Source: a virus
Taxonomy: Duplodnaviria > Heunggongvirae > Uroviricota > Caudoviricetes
Direction: 5' to 3' (one strand)
IMG/VR virus record: IMGVR_UViG_3300009709_000001
Coordinates: 64,001 to 128,000 of that record
DNA length: 64,000 nucleotides
The translations under genes and the position numbers were made by a program. Positions 49,152 through 57,661 of the stretch are shown here, piece after piece. The notes beneath the pieces were generated by a model. The model made no database searches. It was not told the origin of the DNA and saw only the letters and a list, made by a program, of their open reading frames with translations. Each line of letters starts with the position of its first letter. The stretch's first letter is position 1.

Positions 49152-49240
49152 TGGCGGATAGCTGAGGTCTCGATCCCCATACAGTTTCCCATACAGCCTG
49201 TTTTCGAGGCAGGTCTAGCGCCCTGGCTAGTTAACTATCC
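49152..49240 (-). tRNA. tRNA-Ser(CGA), candidate 8/4 fold
   Basis: loop CTCGAAA, long variable arm with GAAA loop, GCCA end, atypical T-loop ATCGAGA. Confidence 0.8.
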
Positions 49241-49250
49241 GAATTTTTAT

Positions 49251-49427
49251 TTATCTGTCGTCGAGATAATCGCTTTCACGCCTGTAATAATCTTCTTTAT
49301 CCCTAACCTTCTTGTGTCGGGATTCATCTGCAGGCGGCTTGAACTTTTTATTCTTAATCTGATGAAATTCAAATTCATCAGGTTCATCTTCATCCATATG
49401 TTCGATATCGCGATATCTGCGTGACAT
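49251..49427 (-). CDS. 58-aa charged small protein
   Basis: ATG..TAA open frame filling the gap. Confidence 0.5.
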   Translation of the reverse strand: MSRRYRDIEHMDEDEPDEFEFHQIKNKKFKPPADESRHKKVRDKEDYYRRESDYLDDR

Positions 49428-49431
49428 GATT

Positions 49432-49695
49432 TTAATTGATCTTAGAAACTTCCAATAGAAGACCGGTTAAACTTCCAACGTGCTTATCGTCAAGGAAGAT
49501 TTGCGGTACTGCACGGATTTTTGCACCAACACGTTCTTCGAGGCTTCGAAGATTTACAGTGTCATCGATGTCAATGTAGTCGTAATCGATTGATTTGTTT
49601 TTGCAGAATGCAACCGCATCCTTACAAGTGGTGCACCAACTAGCGCCATAAATCTCAACTTTCATATTTTTCTCCATTTGATAACTACTTATCAA
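49432..49695 (-). CDS. glutaredoxin
   Basis: WCTTC active site, VPQIF, VGS; likely start at MKVEIYG. Confidence 0.88.
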   Translation of the reverse strand: MISSYQMEKNMKVEIYGASWCTTCKDAVAFCKNKSIDYDYIDIDDTVNLRSLEERVGAKIRAVPQIFLDDKHVGSLTGLLLEVSKIN

Positions 49696-49713
49696 GTTTG
49701 CAGCGCTCGTATA

Positions 49714-49742
49714 ACTATACAGAAATACCAGTAAATTGTCAA
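49714..49742 (-). promoter_or_regulatory. sigma70 promoter
   Basis: TTGACA-17 nt-TATAGT. Confidence 0.7.
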
Positions 49743-49955
49743 CTACTCAATAATTGTCATGAATTCCAGGGTCCCATCTGGGTATTCGAAGATACCAATT
49801 GATTCAATTTTACGATTGGCCCACTTGCGATCTCGGGGAATTTCCGAAACTTTTAATACCAGTACGTTTTTTCTATAGGTTTCTGTTATTTTTACGATGG
49901 TTCCTCTGAACCCTTGGAAGCTGAGTTTGCTCCCTTCACTGAAGAATGATGCCAT
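49743..49955 (-). CDS. hypothetical protein
   Basis: 70-aa ORF. Confidence 0.6.
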   Translation of the reverse strand: MASFFSEGSKLSFQGFRGTIVKITETYRKNVLVLKVSEIPRDRKWANRKIESIGIFEYPDGTLEFMTIIE

Positions 49956-49958
49956 ATT

Positions 49959-50498
49959 TTAACCAGTTAATGTACTCAGGTCTTCCATGACCAAATGAAT
50001 ACGTCGTTTTCTACTACCATTAAGGAATGTATGACTTCGAAGCGTATTCAAAAGATATAGATTACCATCTGCTGGTATGTGTATCATCTTCTCTTCATCA
50101 GGAAACAGAAATAAACATTTCGGGTTTGTTTCAATAACGTAGTGATATCTCTTCGATAAGTCCTTGTGTATTGTGTAGGCGCACGGGCCTTGCATCACCA
50201 TGATACGAAATCTACCAATAGACGGAATTGTCTGGTACATTTCATACAGTGATGTATCCCTGAATTCAGAATTGAATTCAGTAAAATCAGTTTCCTGAAA
50301 CTTATATGTTCCGGTATGTACATCGTACATGGAACCCCAGCCTTCTGTCAACTTTTCGAGTTGAGTCATCTCTTTACTCGAATGTGTCAGATTGATCTGT
50401 AATATAGGTGGATACTGATCCACAATTTTCATAACATCCTGCTTAACCCGTTCGAAATCGAAATTATATTGAGTTAACTTGGTTATGAAATCTGTCAT
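49959..50498 (-). CDS. 2OG-Fe(II) oxygenase (aspartyl/asparaginyl beta-hydroxylase-like)
   Basis: R.R..M..H.D..RYH..I.TN..HTFLNGS..RIHLV. Confidence 0.75.
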   Translation of the reverse strand: MTDFITKLTQYNFDFERVKQDVMKIVDQYPPILQINLTHSSKEMTQLEKLTEGWGSMYDVHTGTYKFQETDFTEFNSEFRDTSLYEMYQTIPSIGRFRIMVMQGPCAYTIHKDLSKRYHYVIETNPKCLFLFPDEEKMIHIPADGNLYLLNTLRSHTFLNGSRKRRIHLVMEDLSTLTG

Positions 50499-50499
50499 T

Positions 50500-50574
50500 T
50501 GGTGCGTCTATCAGGAATCGAACCTGAAACTAATACTTCGGAAATATTTATGATGTCCTTTTCACCATAGACGC
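50500..50574 (-). tRNA. tRNA-Arg(CCG)
   Basis: cloverleaf, loop TTCCGAA, CCA. Confidence 0.88.
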
Positions 50575-50579
50575 AATTT

Positions 50580-50654
50580 TGGTGCCGATTGTGAGAATCG
50601 AACTCACGTTACCACGTTACGAGGGTGGTGTCAATGCCACTATACTAAATCGGC
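50580..50654 (-). tRNA. tRNA-Thr(CGT)
   Basis: cloverleaf, loop CTCGTAA, CCA. Confidence 0.9.
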
Positions 50655-51001
50655 TATTCTTTATCTAGGTCTTTTGAGATTTCACCAAAATCTTCTTGAT
50701 CGATTTTGGCAATCTCGTCTTCGTCGAGGTCGTCGTTATCGTTCCTCGGTGCAAATACAAAGGTATCGAGGTCGATGACTTCCTTGTTGTAGGCAAGGTT
50801 CATACGTTCGATGCACTTCTGTGTTTCTTCTACGGATGCACCATAGACTCCTACTACAGTATCGGTGATGGCCCAGATGCTCCCATCCTCGTTGTAATAG
50901 GCTTCACGAATTTCATAAGAAACTTCTTCCCACTCCGTCCCGGGCTGGTAAGTGATCTTACAAAGTCTATAATTCCAACCAGTCATTTTTGTGCCATCCA
51001 A
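50654..51001 (-). CDS. conserved phage hypothetical protein (WNYR..I.EAYY..G)
   Basis: 115-aa ORF. Confidence 0.7.
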   Translation of the reverse strand: MDGTKMTGWNYRLCKITYQPGTEWEEVSYEIREAYYNEDGSIWAITDTVVGVYGASVEETQKCIERMNLAYNKEVIDLDTFVFAPRNDNDDLDEDEIAKIDQEDFGEISKDLDKE

Positions 51002-51183
51002 TTTCTAAGATGTTCTCGTTGTAGTTCTCTTGCGTTGTGAAGCTTGATCAATTGGTCGAGTGGCATTTCACCGATCTTATTCTGTTCGTACATATATTCC
51101 TTATATGCTCTCACCTTTTCGGGATCATTCGCATCTTTGGAACTGAAGTACCTAACTTTTGATGTCCAATCATCGTCACTCAT
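50983..51183 (-). CDS. hypothetical protein
   Basis: 66-aa coupled ORF. Confidence 0.6.
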   Translation of the reverse strand: MSDDDWTSKVRYFSSKDANDPEKVRAYKEYMYEQNKIGEMPLDQLIKLHNARELQREHLRNWMAQK

Positions 51184-51425
51184 TTCTTCACCTGACTTGC
51201 TGCAATCATCTTGGCAGCAATTTCTTGTGCTACATCCTCGGCTGTCTTACCACCACGCTTTCTACGTTGCTTGAGTTGATCTTTAATCCATTGTGGAAAA
51301 TGAGGTCCACTTAAATTATCAATATCCTCGTCTGAGTAGTTATCAATATTATCGAGAACAGCCTGCAATGCAGGCTTCTTCTTCATCTTAGAAAAGAATT
51401 TATCAGGATTTAGGTAACTTCTCAT
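51180..51425 (-). CDS. hypothetical protein
   Basis: 81-aa coupled ORF. Confidence 0.6.
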   Translation of the reverse strand: MRSYLNPDKFFSKMKKKPALQAVLDNIDNYSDEDIDNLSGPHFPQWIKDQLKQRRKRGGKTAEDVAQEIAAKMIAASQVKK

Positions 51426-51891
51426 TCATCAAATCGCGAACTTCCATCAGCACATGGCCGAGTAGGTTCTGTCCTTCCCACTGTGTAGGATCGGTTGCAC
51501 GAGGATCATCTGCTGTCATTCCGATACCCCAAACCTTGTCATACGGACTTGCTTCGACGACGGCAGTTTTACCTGTTGCCAGAAGTTGAGCACCGAGTGC
51601 AGGGTTCTGTTCAAATTTCGACAAACAACCATCAACCATGATGCTGATGCAATTTTCCGACCATACTTTCGGATCGAAGTTGCGAACTTCACGACCAAGC
51701 ATCTTCTGTGCTCGTGGGCTATCTGTTTCCATAATCAGTTGGGCAACTTCGGTATCACCGAACAGCAATGCCTTCTGATGCATCATGTATTGTTCCGAGC
51801 AGTTATACTGCACACCATCGTGCGTGAAGGGGCTCGGATGCCAGTTAGAGAACGGGCTCTCGGATTGCCAGAAGAAAGTGAATCCGCTCAT
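51403..51891 (-). CDS. NADAR/YbiA family protein
   Basis: PFSNWH, SEQYMM.QKA..FGD, KF.QN, EASPYD..WGIG, G.NLLG..LM..R. Confidence 0.92.
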   Translation of the reverse strand: MSGFTFFWQSESPFSNWHPSPFTHDGVQYNCSEQYMMHQKALLFGDTEVAQLIMETDSPRAQKMLGREVRNFDPKVWSENCISIMVDGCLSKFEQNPALGAQLLATGKTAVVEASPYDKVWGIGMTADDPRATDPTQWEGQNLLGHVLMEVRDLMNEKLPKS

Positions 51892-52061
51892 GTCGGCTTC
51901 TCCTCAGAGGTGAAGGCCATTGCCTGCATGTATACTCCGTTGGCAACTACCACACCACCAGTGAGCACCCAGCCACTGTTCAGTAAAAAGTTGACACGTG
52001 ATTCGAGTTCGTCAGGATCTGCGCCCCTAACCACTTTGTAAACATGATATACACCGCTCAT
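51888..52061 (-). CDS. DUF1737-like small protein
   Basis: YKVV..ELESRVN..L..GW.L.GG....YMQAM; 57 aa, below the ORF-track cutoff. Confidence 0.7.
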   Translation of the reverse strand: MSGVYHVYKVVRGADPDELESRVNFLLNSGWVLTGGVVVANGVYMQAMAFTSEEKPT

Positions 52062-52071
52062 TTTCTTCCTT

Positions 52072-52608
52072 TCAGTGAACTAGACCAAGCAATTCTTCGC
52101 CCAGCTTGTGATTGCCTTCGGTCGCTGCCATAGCTTCCGGGGTACTCAAATTAGCAAAGGCCTTTTCGTGCCACACTTCATCCTTGAGGATCTTTGTAAA
52201 TGCTTCACGAATATCTGCTGGAGCATCTTCATCGGCAACAATTGCACGAATTCTTTCAAGACGCATACCTTCGGCATGTGCAGCAACGGCAGCACCAGTT
52301 TCAAGGCTGTCAATATCCGGAAGTGTCTTTGTCCAATATCTCTTTTCGGCATTATCAACTGCGTTGCCGATATCTAGTTTAATGCCTCTTGCCAACAGGA
52401 TGTCACCAATCCAGCCGGCATGTGTCATTTCTTGATCGGCAATAGTTTGAAGAATCTTCTTTGTCTTCTCATCGGTAGCATATTTTGCTGCAAAATCTTC
52501 GATACGATTTACCGCAGTAACTTCACCGCGCCATTGCTTCACGAGCCAATCTTCCATTTTTGCCGAATCGGCCTTAACTTCATTCCACCATTGTACGGAT
52601 GTTTTCAT
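52072..52608 (-). CDS. ferritin-like di-iron protein
   Basis: GE..A, QEMTH, AE...L, DEVWH ligands. Confidence 0.8.
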   Translation of the reverse strand: MKTSVQWWNEVKADSAKMEDWLVKQWRGEVTAVNRIEDFAAKYATDEKTKKILQTIADQEMTHAGWIGDILLARGIKLDIGNAVDNAEKRYWTKTLPDIDSLETGAAVAAHAEGMRLERIRAIVADEDAPADIREAFTKILKDEVWHEKAFANLSTPEAMAATEGNHKLGEELLGLVH

Positions 52609-52763
52609 TATCCATTCCTCGCTTTTGGCACTGTCACTATTTTATAGGTGTTTCCTTCGAATGTAAACTGAGTGCCCTGTCTTAATTTCAGAGAAAGATC
52701 CCGATCGTAGAATGCTTGATTCAAAATTCTACGAACGAGATCTGATTTTAATGCTTTCATGTT

Positions 52764-52838
52764 TGGTCCGGCGTAAAGGAATCGAACCCTTGTTCACTCT
52801 TTAGAAGAGAGTTGTATTTTCCACTATACGAACGCCAG
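52764..52838 (-). tRNA. tRNA-Arg(TCT)
   Basis: ACTCT-CTTCTAA-AGAGT anticodon arm, CCA. Confidence 0.9.
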
Positions 52839-52843
52839 TTATA

Positions 52844-53020
52844 TTATTCTTTATCCTTGCCCTGGTAGTGGACCATGGCTTGTGCTGGATACCCGGTTGA
52901 GATAACAAAAGCAATTCCGCCCTGTAAATGCTAGCCATCCTGTAAATTCTTATTTACTTTTTCTTTAAGATCGTCAAAATCAACTCCGACAACAACAGTG
53001 TAAAGTGTGGGTGTAATCAT
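52844..53020 (-). pseudogene. DUF1737-like paralog interrupted by an in-frame TAG
   Basis: DDLKEKVNKNLQDG*HLQGGI..AQAMV; TAG at 52931-52933 replaces the conserved Trp. Confidence 0.65.
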
Positions 53021-53034
53021 AATTTTAATGTATT

Positions 53035-53109
53035 TGGTAGGGGATGCCGGGTTCGAACCGACGACCTTCACAATGTCAATGTGATATTCTACCGCTGAAA
53101 TAATCCCCT
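53035..53109 (-). tRNA. tRNA-Val(GAC)
   Basis: TCACA-TTGACAT-TGTGA anticodon arm, CCA. Confidence 0.92.
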
Positions 53110-53482
53110 AAATTCTTTTCTTGTTTCCCCAAGTCGGTGTCATTCTGTGGCAATTAGGACATAACAATCGTAAATTACTCGGTAAGTTATTCTTATTATT
53201 TCCGTCAATGTGGTCAATATCTAAAATAATGGGTTTATCAAACCATTTATCAATTCCACAGCATAGACATTTATAACCGTCTCGCTCAGATAGATACCGG
53301 ACTACAGCAGTTTTCGATGTATTCTGTCCAGATTCGATTTTTGGTTTGTTTATATGTTCCCATTGATAATCTTGGAAACACAACCCATTGCAAAATTTAT
53401 TCTTAGTCGTATATTTACATTCGACTTCGTTATTGCAATTTAAGCATCGAAATTTTGACTTGCCTTTATAACCACTCGGCAT
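53108..53482 (-). CDS. HNH endonuclease
   Basis: LDIDHIDGNNKNN..NLRLLCPNCH. Confidence 0.9.
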   Translation of the reverse strand: MPSGYKGKSKFRCLNCNNEVECKYTTKNKFCNGLCFQDYQWEHINKPKIESGQNTSKTAVVRYLSERDGYKCLCCGIDKWFDKPIILDIDHIDGNNKNNLPSNLRLLCPNCHRMTPTWGNKKRI

Positions 53483-53712
53483 TAATTTATTCTTGTAACC
53501 TGGTGTCTGCCTTTGATACGATTATGAAAATATCTGCCCTTTGACGGGGCACGAGTCCATTGCTCGAAAGTAGTTCTGGTAATACCGGGAATCAAATACT
53601 TCCTACCATTATTTAATGTCATGGTAAGTTCTTTGTTCGGCCGATTATGCCTTAAATCGACAATCCATGTCGATTGAACTTTCTTTTCTATCAAAAACTC
53701 GCTGAGTCTCAT
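53482..53712 (-). CDS. KTSC domain protein
   Basis: VQSTWI..L...NG..Y..G...F...APSKGRYFH..IKG. Confidence 0.8.
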   Translation of the reverse strand: MRLSEFLIEKKVQSTWIVDLRHNRPNKELTMTLNNGRKYLIPGITRTTFEQWTRAPSKGRYFHNRIKGRHQVTRIN

Positions 53713-53723
53713 AACATACCCTT

Positions 53724-53752
53724 AGTATATTATTTATCTCAGAAAATGTCAA
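53724..53752 (-). promoter_or_regulatory. sigma70 promoter with nested GATAAATA late motif
   Basis: TTGACA-17 nt-TATACT; spacer contains GATAAATA (53731-53738). Confidence 0.7.
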
Positions 53753-53762
53753 ACTACCAAGC

Positions 53763-54227
53763 TTAGGATAATGTGCGTCGTATCCAACCCGGAAGAAGTG
53801 TCGGTCCTTTAACTTCGGCGGGTTTAACTTCAACAGGTTTAATCTCTTCAACGGGCTTAATCTCTTCAGGAATTGATTCTTTAACTTCTTCCTGTTCGAT
53901 AGGTATCTCGTTGGCTGCCGGTTCTTCCGTTCGTGGAAAAACATAATCGCCCTCACTGAACGATTTTAGCGACTCTTCCTTATTTGCTGTTTCATTGTAT
54001 ATAAATTCGTACAAATTTCGGGCTGCCTTAACAATTTCCTCATCTGTCGGATATGGAACAAATTCCGGATACGGCGCCTGACGGCGATGTTTTCTCCACA
54101 TCTCGTCATTTTCTGTAACCCATTTATTATGTGCCATAGCACGCTTGTTGATATAATCTTCGTTGAGCAATTCCCTTGATATTTTCAGCAACTCGAAACG
54201 TTGCTTAATCTTATCAATATCCTCCAT
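53763..54227 (-). CDS. hypothetical protein
   Basis: RFELLK..RE..YPT.EEIV..A..LY.F; acidic tail. Confidence 0.75.
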   Translation of the reverse strand: MEDIDKIKQRFELLKISRELLNEDYINKRAMAHNKWVTENDEMWRKHRRQAPYPEFVPYPTDEEIVKAARNLYEFIYNETANKEESLKSFSEGDYVFPRTEEPAANEIPIEQEEVKESIPEEIKPVEEIKPVEVKPAEVKGPTLLPGWIRRTLS

Positions 54228-54369
54228 ACATTACCTGTGGATAAAAATAGGGATACATCATTGGATAGATAATGTATTGAGTAGAACGACGAGCTAACAT
54301 TTGGTAGAGGAAAAAGTCACTACTTCTATTGCACCCACAATAGTCTCGATGATATCTATATTCGTACAT
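54214..54369 (-). CDS. 51-aa Tyr/Met/Pro-rich small protein
   Basis: AGGAGA RBS before ATG 54369. Confidence 0.55.
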   Translation of the reverse strand: MYEYRYHRDYCGCNRSSDFFLYQMLARRSTQYIIYPMMYPYFYPQVMYGGY

Positions 54370-54418
54370 ATAATCTCCTAGGAAGAGGGTACTCCTCATG
54401 AGAGTACCCAATCCATAA

Positions 54419-55117
54419 TCAAACTACGTTATTTGTCGATGTGTTTCTTCCAGCATTTCCGGTCATAGTTCCGAAATTTACGGTGCCCTGAGTTGCTTGT
54501 TGAAATTGGCTGTGCAATGCATTGATCTGCGATGATAGCGATTCCGATTGTGAATTGCTATACTTGCCATGCCAATAACGTGAGTCACCACGATTCTCAA
54601 CAATTTCGGCATTACGCTCGATAAGAGCACGGTTGAGTTCATCCATTTTGAGACTGTTGATAAGTGCTCTTGTTGCATTTCCGTCGGAAACAATTTGCTG
54701 TCCAAGAAGGGCTTGCGCAAGTGCGGTTGCAGCGGCTTGTTTTTCACCTGCAAGGGCTACGGCGGCGGCTGTTTTTGCACCCTCCAATCCTGTTGCGGCT
54801 TGGCCTAATGCGCCTTGTGTATTGATAGAATTCAATACACTCGCAAATTGCATGTCGGTACTTGCCTTTAGAGCTGCGACTGCGGTTGCATTTTGAAACG
54901 AGTATTGTTGACCAGCAATGAAATATGCGGTGTCTTGAGCTACAACACGGTCGGCTTCGGTACCTGTACGATCCGAATTTGCCCATCCCGATGTCTTGAC
55001 TGCGTCAATAACATCTTTAGATTCGACCACATTTTCACGACGAATGTCCGATTGACCTTCGATGATAGATGTGACGTCGAGTTGGCCCGTTACGGTGCCT
55101 GTTACGATATCTGCCAT
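54419..55117 (-). CDS. Ala/Gln/Thr-rich helical hypothetical protein
   Basis: 232-aa ORF, AAGGA RBS. Confidence 0.75.
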   Translation of the reverse strand: MADIVTGTVTGQLDVTSIIEGQSDIRRENVVESKDVIDAVKTSGWANSDRTGTEADRVVAQDTAYFIAGQQYSFQNATAVAALKASTDMQFASVLNSINTQGALGQAATGLEGAKTAAAVALAGEKQAAATALAQALLGQQIVSDGNATRALINSLKMDELNRALIERNAEIVENRGDSRYWHGKYSNSQSESLSSQINALHSQFQQATQGTVNFGTMTGNAGRNTSTNNVV

Positions 55118-55142
55118 GATTTTAATTCCTTAAGTAATTTTC

Positions 55143-55176
55143 TAGCTGTAACTGAAATCATTTTCAGTTACAGCTA
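55143..55176. repeat. perfect 15-bp inverted repeat
   Basis: TAGCTGTAACTGAAA-tcat-TTTCAGTTACAGCTA; outer 8-bp arms at 55131-55138 and 55179-55186. Confidence 0.85.
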
Positions 55177-55183
55177 TTATTAC

Positions 55184-55924
55184 TTACAAGGTTGGCGGCG
55201 AATTAAACTTCAACAATTTCACTGGACATACGTCAGTACTAGTTATGATTTTTGGTTTTGAAAAAAGTACGAGTTGAGTTCGTGTTCTCACTCCATACTG
55301 TTTTAGGATTGCACTAACATGAGATTTGACAGTGCTTTCCGAAATCTTCATTAATAGCGCAATTTTCTTATTTGATAATCCACGATCACAAATAAAATTG
55401 AAGACTTCAGTTTGACGACCAGTTAACTGAATACCCAGTTGAACTGGAAGAGTCGAATTTTTAAACCGTTGCAATACATCGGCCGGCCAATGAGTTTGAT
55501 GATTAAGTATTTCTCTAATCGACAATAAAGTACAATCGGGTCCGAAACCTTTAGGAGTCGGAATAATTCCCATGATATCATTTTCATTGCGAATATCTTT
55601 GATAAACGATAAGTCGCACGTTCCATTTAATACAACGCCAATACATAACGGTGCATTTACTGAAAATCGATACAATGTTGAAATCATACCGACAGCCTCA
55701 GTTATGGTAAATTTCTGAGATTTTAAAGAATTGGAATCAATGATAATTGATGTCGGTAGATTTGATAATGACGAAAGGACACTTAACCGGGTCATTAAAC
55801 CTTGCCAGGAATCACAATTATCAATCGAACACGAAGTTTCTCGCTGAATGCGTTCAATAAAGTCATCTGAAATATTATCTTTCTCCATTCTGAGATAGAT
55901 AATGGATCTTGGTGTTTGGGACAT
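55184..55924 (-). CDS. LuxR/NarL-family HTH regulator with degenerate receiver-like N-terminus
   Basis: LTGRQTEV..GLSNKKIA..M.ISESTVKSHVSAILK.YGV..RTQL. Confidence 0.88.
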   Translation of the reverse strand: MSQTPRSIIYLRMEKDNISDDFIERIQRETSCSIDNCDSWQGLMTRLSVLSSLSNLPTSIIIDSNSLKSQKFTITEAVGMISTLYRFSVNAPLCIGVVLNGTCDLSFIKDIRNENDIMGIIPTPKGFGPDCTLLSIREILNHQTHWPADVLQRFKNSTLPVQLGIQLTGRQTEVFNFICDRGLSNKKIALLMKISESTVKSHVSAILKQYGVRTRTQLVLFSKPKIITSTDVCPVKLLKFNSPPTL

Positions 55925-56031
55925 ATGCCTCCCTGAAGTAATTCCATTATTTTACACGGTATAAAATACTTAGTCTGTGCGCTGCCGTACATAGCCAAAC
56001 AAAAGTTTATTAATACTTCAGTAGGCCATTA

Positions 56032-56055
56032 GAAAGCCGCCTCATGGGCGGCTTT
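56032..56055 (-). terminator. intrinsic terminator
   Basis: AAAGCCGCC/GGCGGCTTT stem. Confidence 0.7.
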
Positions 56056-56056
56056 A

Positions 56057-56491
56057 TTATTGCTTTCTGGTCCAGATATACTTCTTCTGCGACCCATCTA
56101 CATTCGGTGAACCATATACCCACCCAGGTCCAAGAAGAGAATTCATCTTTGGAACCATCCTGTTATACAATTTCATCCTAGAAGGTTCAGCTTTTTCGGC
56201 ACCGAAGGCAATAGTTCGATCCGATGACTGAATATAACCCTTTAGGTATTTCTGAAGAATTGCTTCGACAGTTGAGAATATCTGAAAAGCATTTCCTGTA
56301 CCGGTTTTCTGATATGCACCATGAACGGTAAATTCGATAATTACCTCATTCATTTTGGTGCCAGTACGAACAAGATAGACACTCAGGCCGATGCTCGGGG
56401 ACAGTATCTCCCAAACTTCGTTATTGCCGTCGACTAAGTCAAATGGAGCAACGTTATTGCCCGTCTCCATCAGGAATTCTTGTAGTTTCAT
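56057..56491 (-). CDS. hypothetical protein
   Basis: MKLQEFLME; TGTGNAFQIFSTV..SR.KLY. Confidence 0.7.
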   Translation of the reverse strand: MKLQEFLMETGNNVAPFDLVDGNNEVWEILSPSIGLSVYLVRTGTKMNEVIIEFTVHGAYQKTGTGNAFQIFSTVEAILQKYLKGYIQSSDRTIAFGAEKAEPSRMKLYNRMVPKMNSLLGPGWVYGSPNVDGSQKKYIWTRKQ

Positions 56492-56954
56492 GCCTTACAT
56501 ACTCGACGAACCTAAATTTGTAGTTTTCGTCTTCTCCTTCAATGACACTATTTATCTTCCAATGTGTCATATCAATGACAGGAAAATGAGTGTCGGCTTC
56601 AAAGTCTGCATCGACATGAGTAATTACAAGCTTGTCGGCACGATTAATTGTTTGGCGATATAGCAATTCGCCACCAATTACAACTAACTCGGGATAACAA
56701 TACTCAATCGACAGTGCAGAATCCACATCTTTTGCGTGAACTGCCACACCGCCGATATCCCCGGTGCTAACAATGACATTCTTTCTTCCCGGCAATGTTC
56801 TACCGATACTCTGGAATGTCTTCCTTCCCATAATAACAACCTTCCCGGTTGTATATTCCTTGAAGTGCTTCATGTCCGCCGGAATGTTCCAGAGGAGCTT
56901 GTTTTTCAGTCCTAACTCATTGTTACGACCGATTGCTGCAATCAGTGTGATCAC
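56454..56954 (-). CDS. dihydrofolate reductase
   Basis: LIAA..G....L.W..PADM.HF...T.G..VIMGRKTFQSI..LPGR.N, IGG, ADT.FP. Confidence 0.95.
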   Translation of the reverse strand: MITLIAAIGRNNELGLKNKLLWNIPADMKHFKEYTTGKVVIMGRKTFQSIGRTLPGRKNVIVSTGDIGGVAVHAKDVDSALSIEYCYPELVVIGGELLYRQTINRADKLVITHVDADFEADTHFPVIDMTHWKINSVIEGEDENYKFRFVEYVRHETTRIPDGDGQ

Positions 56955-57250
56955 TCTAATTTTTCAACCTGGCCCTTCAATTCCTTGACTTGTGATCCAA
57001 GATTGTCCCAGGCGTCCTTTAGATCGCCTACTTTTTGCTGCATCATCACAGAAATTGCAACCGTGGCAGCGAGCGGCGTTTTACCCTCACGGACTGCATC
57101 GACTTCCATTTGCAGGAGACGGAGCTTATTTCTTTGATCAACGGGAGCCTTGAGAATTTCAGCGTTGATCAAATCTCTACGCTTACGTTCGAAGTCCTCG
57201 GGGCTTGTTTTTGCAAGCTTTGCCCAATCGTCAAAAGAAAAATCGCTCAT
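56951..57250 (-). CDS. DUF3135-like protein
   Basis: FDDW..LA...PE.FE..R..LI.......L..LQ..VD. Confidence 0.7.
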   Translation of the reverse strand: MSDFSFDDWAKLAKTSPEDFERKRRDLINAEILKAPVDQRNKLRLLQMEVDAVREGKTPLAATVAISVMMQQKVGDLKDAWDNLGSQVKELKGQVEKLE

Positions 57251-57297
57251 GATTGCTCCTTAGTTGCAATCATTATAAGCGATTTCATGTGGTTTGT

Positions 57298-57657
57298 CTA
57301 TTGGTTAATGCCACGAAGTTTCTTTATTATTTCCGCAGCATCGATTTCTTCGGAAACACCCTTTTTTCTACCATCTATGATAATCTTCATACACTGAGAT
57401 ATAGTCTCGATGTCATAATCATCAAATTCTAATTCATTTTTATCGATAAGTTCATCAATCTCTTTATCGGTAAAACCATCGTCTTCAAGCATAGCACGAA
57501 GTTCTACATTCGAATCTTCGTGCTGTTCCTCAAAGAATGTAGTTATCAAGTCTATCAGACTGTCTCGGCATCCGCATGCAACATCGTGTTCACAGCGGAA
57601 TCCCTTAGATGCCTCTCTTACTTGTGGATGATAATAAATGTCATCTAATCTATACAT
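57298..57657 (-). CDS. acidic hypothetical protein
   Basis: 119-aa ORF starting 4 nt after a tRNA CCA. Confidence 0.6.
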   Translation of the reverse strand: MYRLDDIYYHPQVREASKGFRCEHDVACGCRDSLIDLITTFFEEQHEDSNVELRAMLEDDGFTDKEIDELIDKNELEFDDYDIETISQCMKIIIDGRKKGVSEEIDAAEIIKKLRGINQ

Positions 57658-57661
57658 AATC

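Noticed and set aside
52764-52838. Amber suppressor tRNA (CTA inside the loop)
   Set aside because: The 5-bp stem fixes the loop as CTTCTAA, giving anticodon TCT; likewise CCT at 48521-48595
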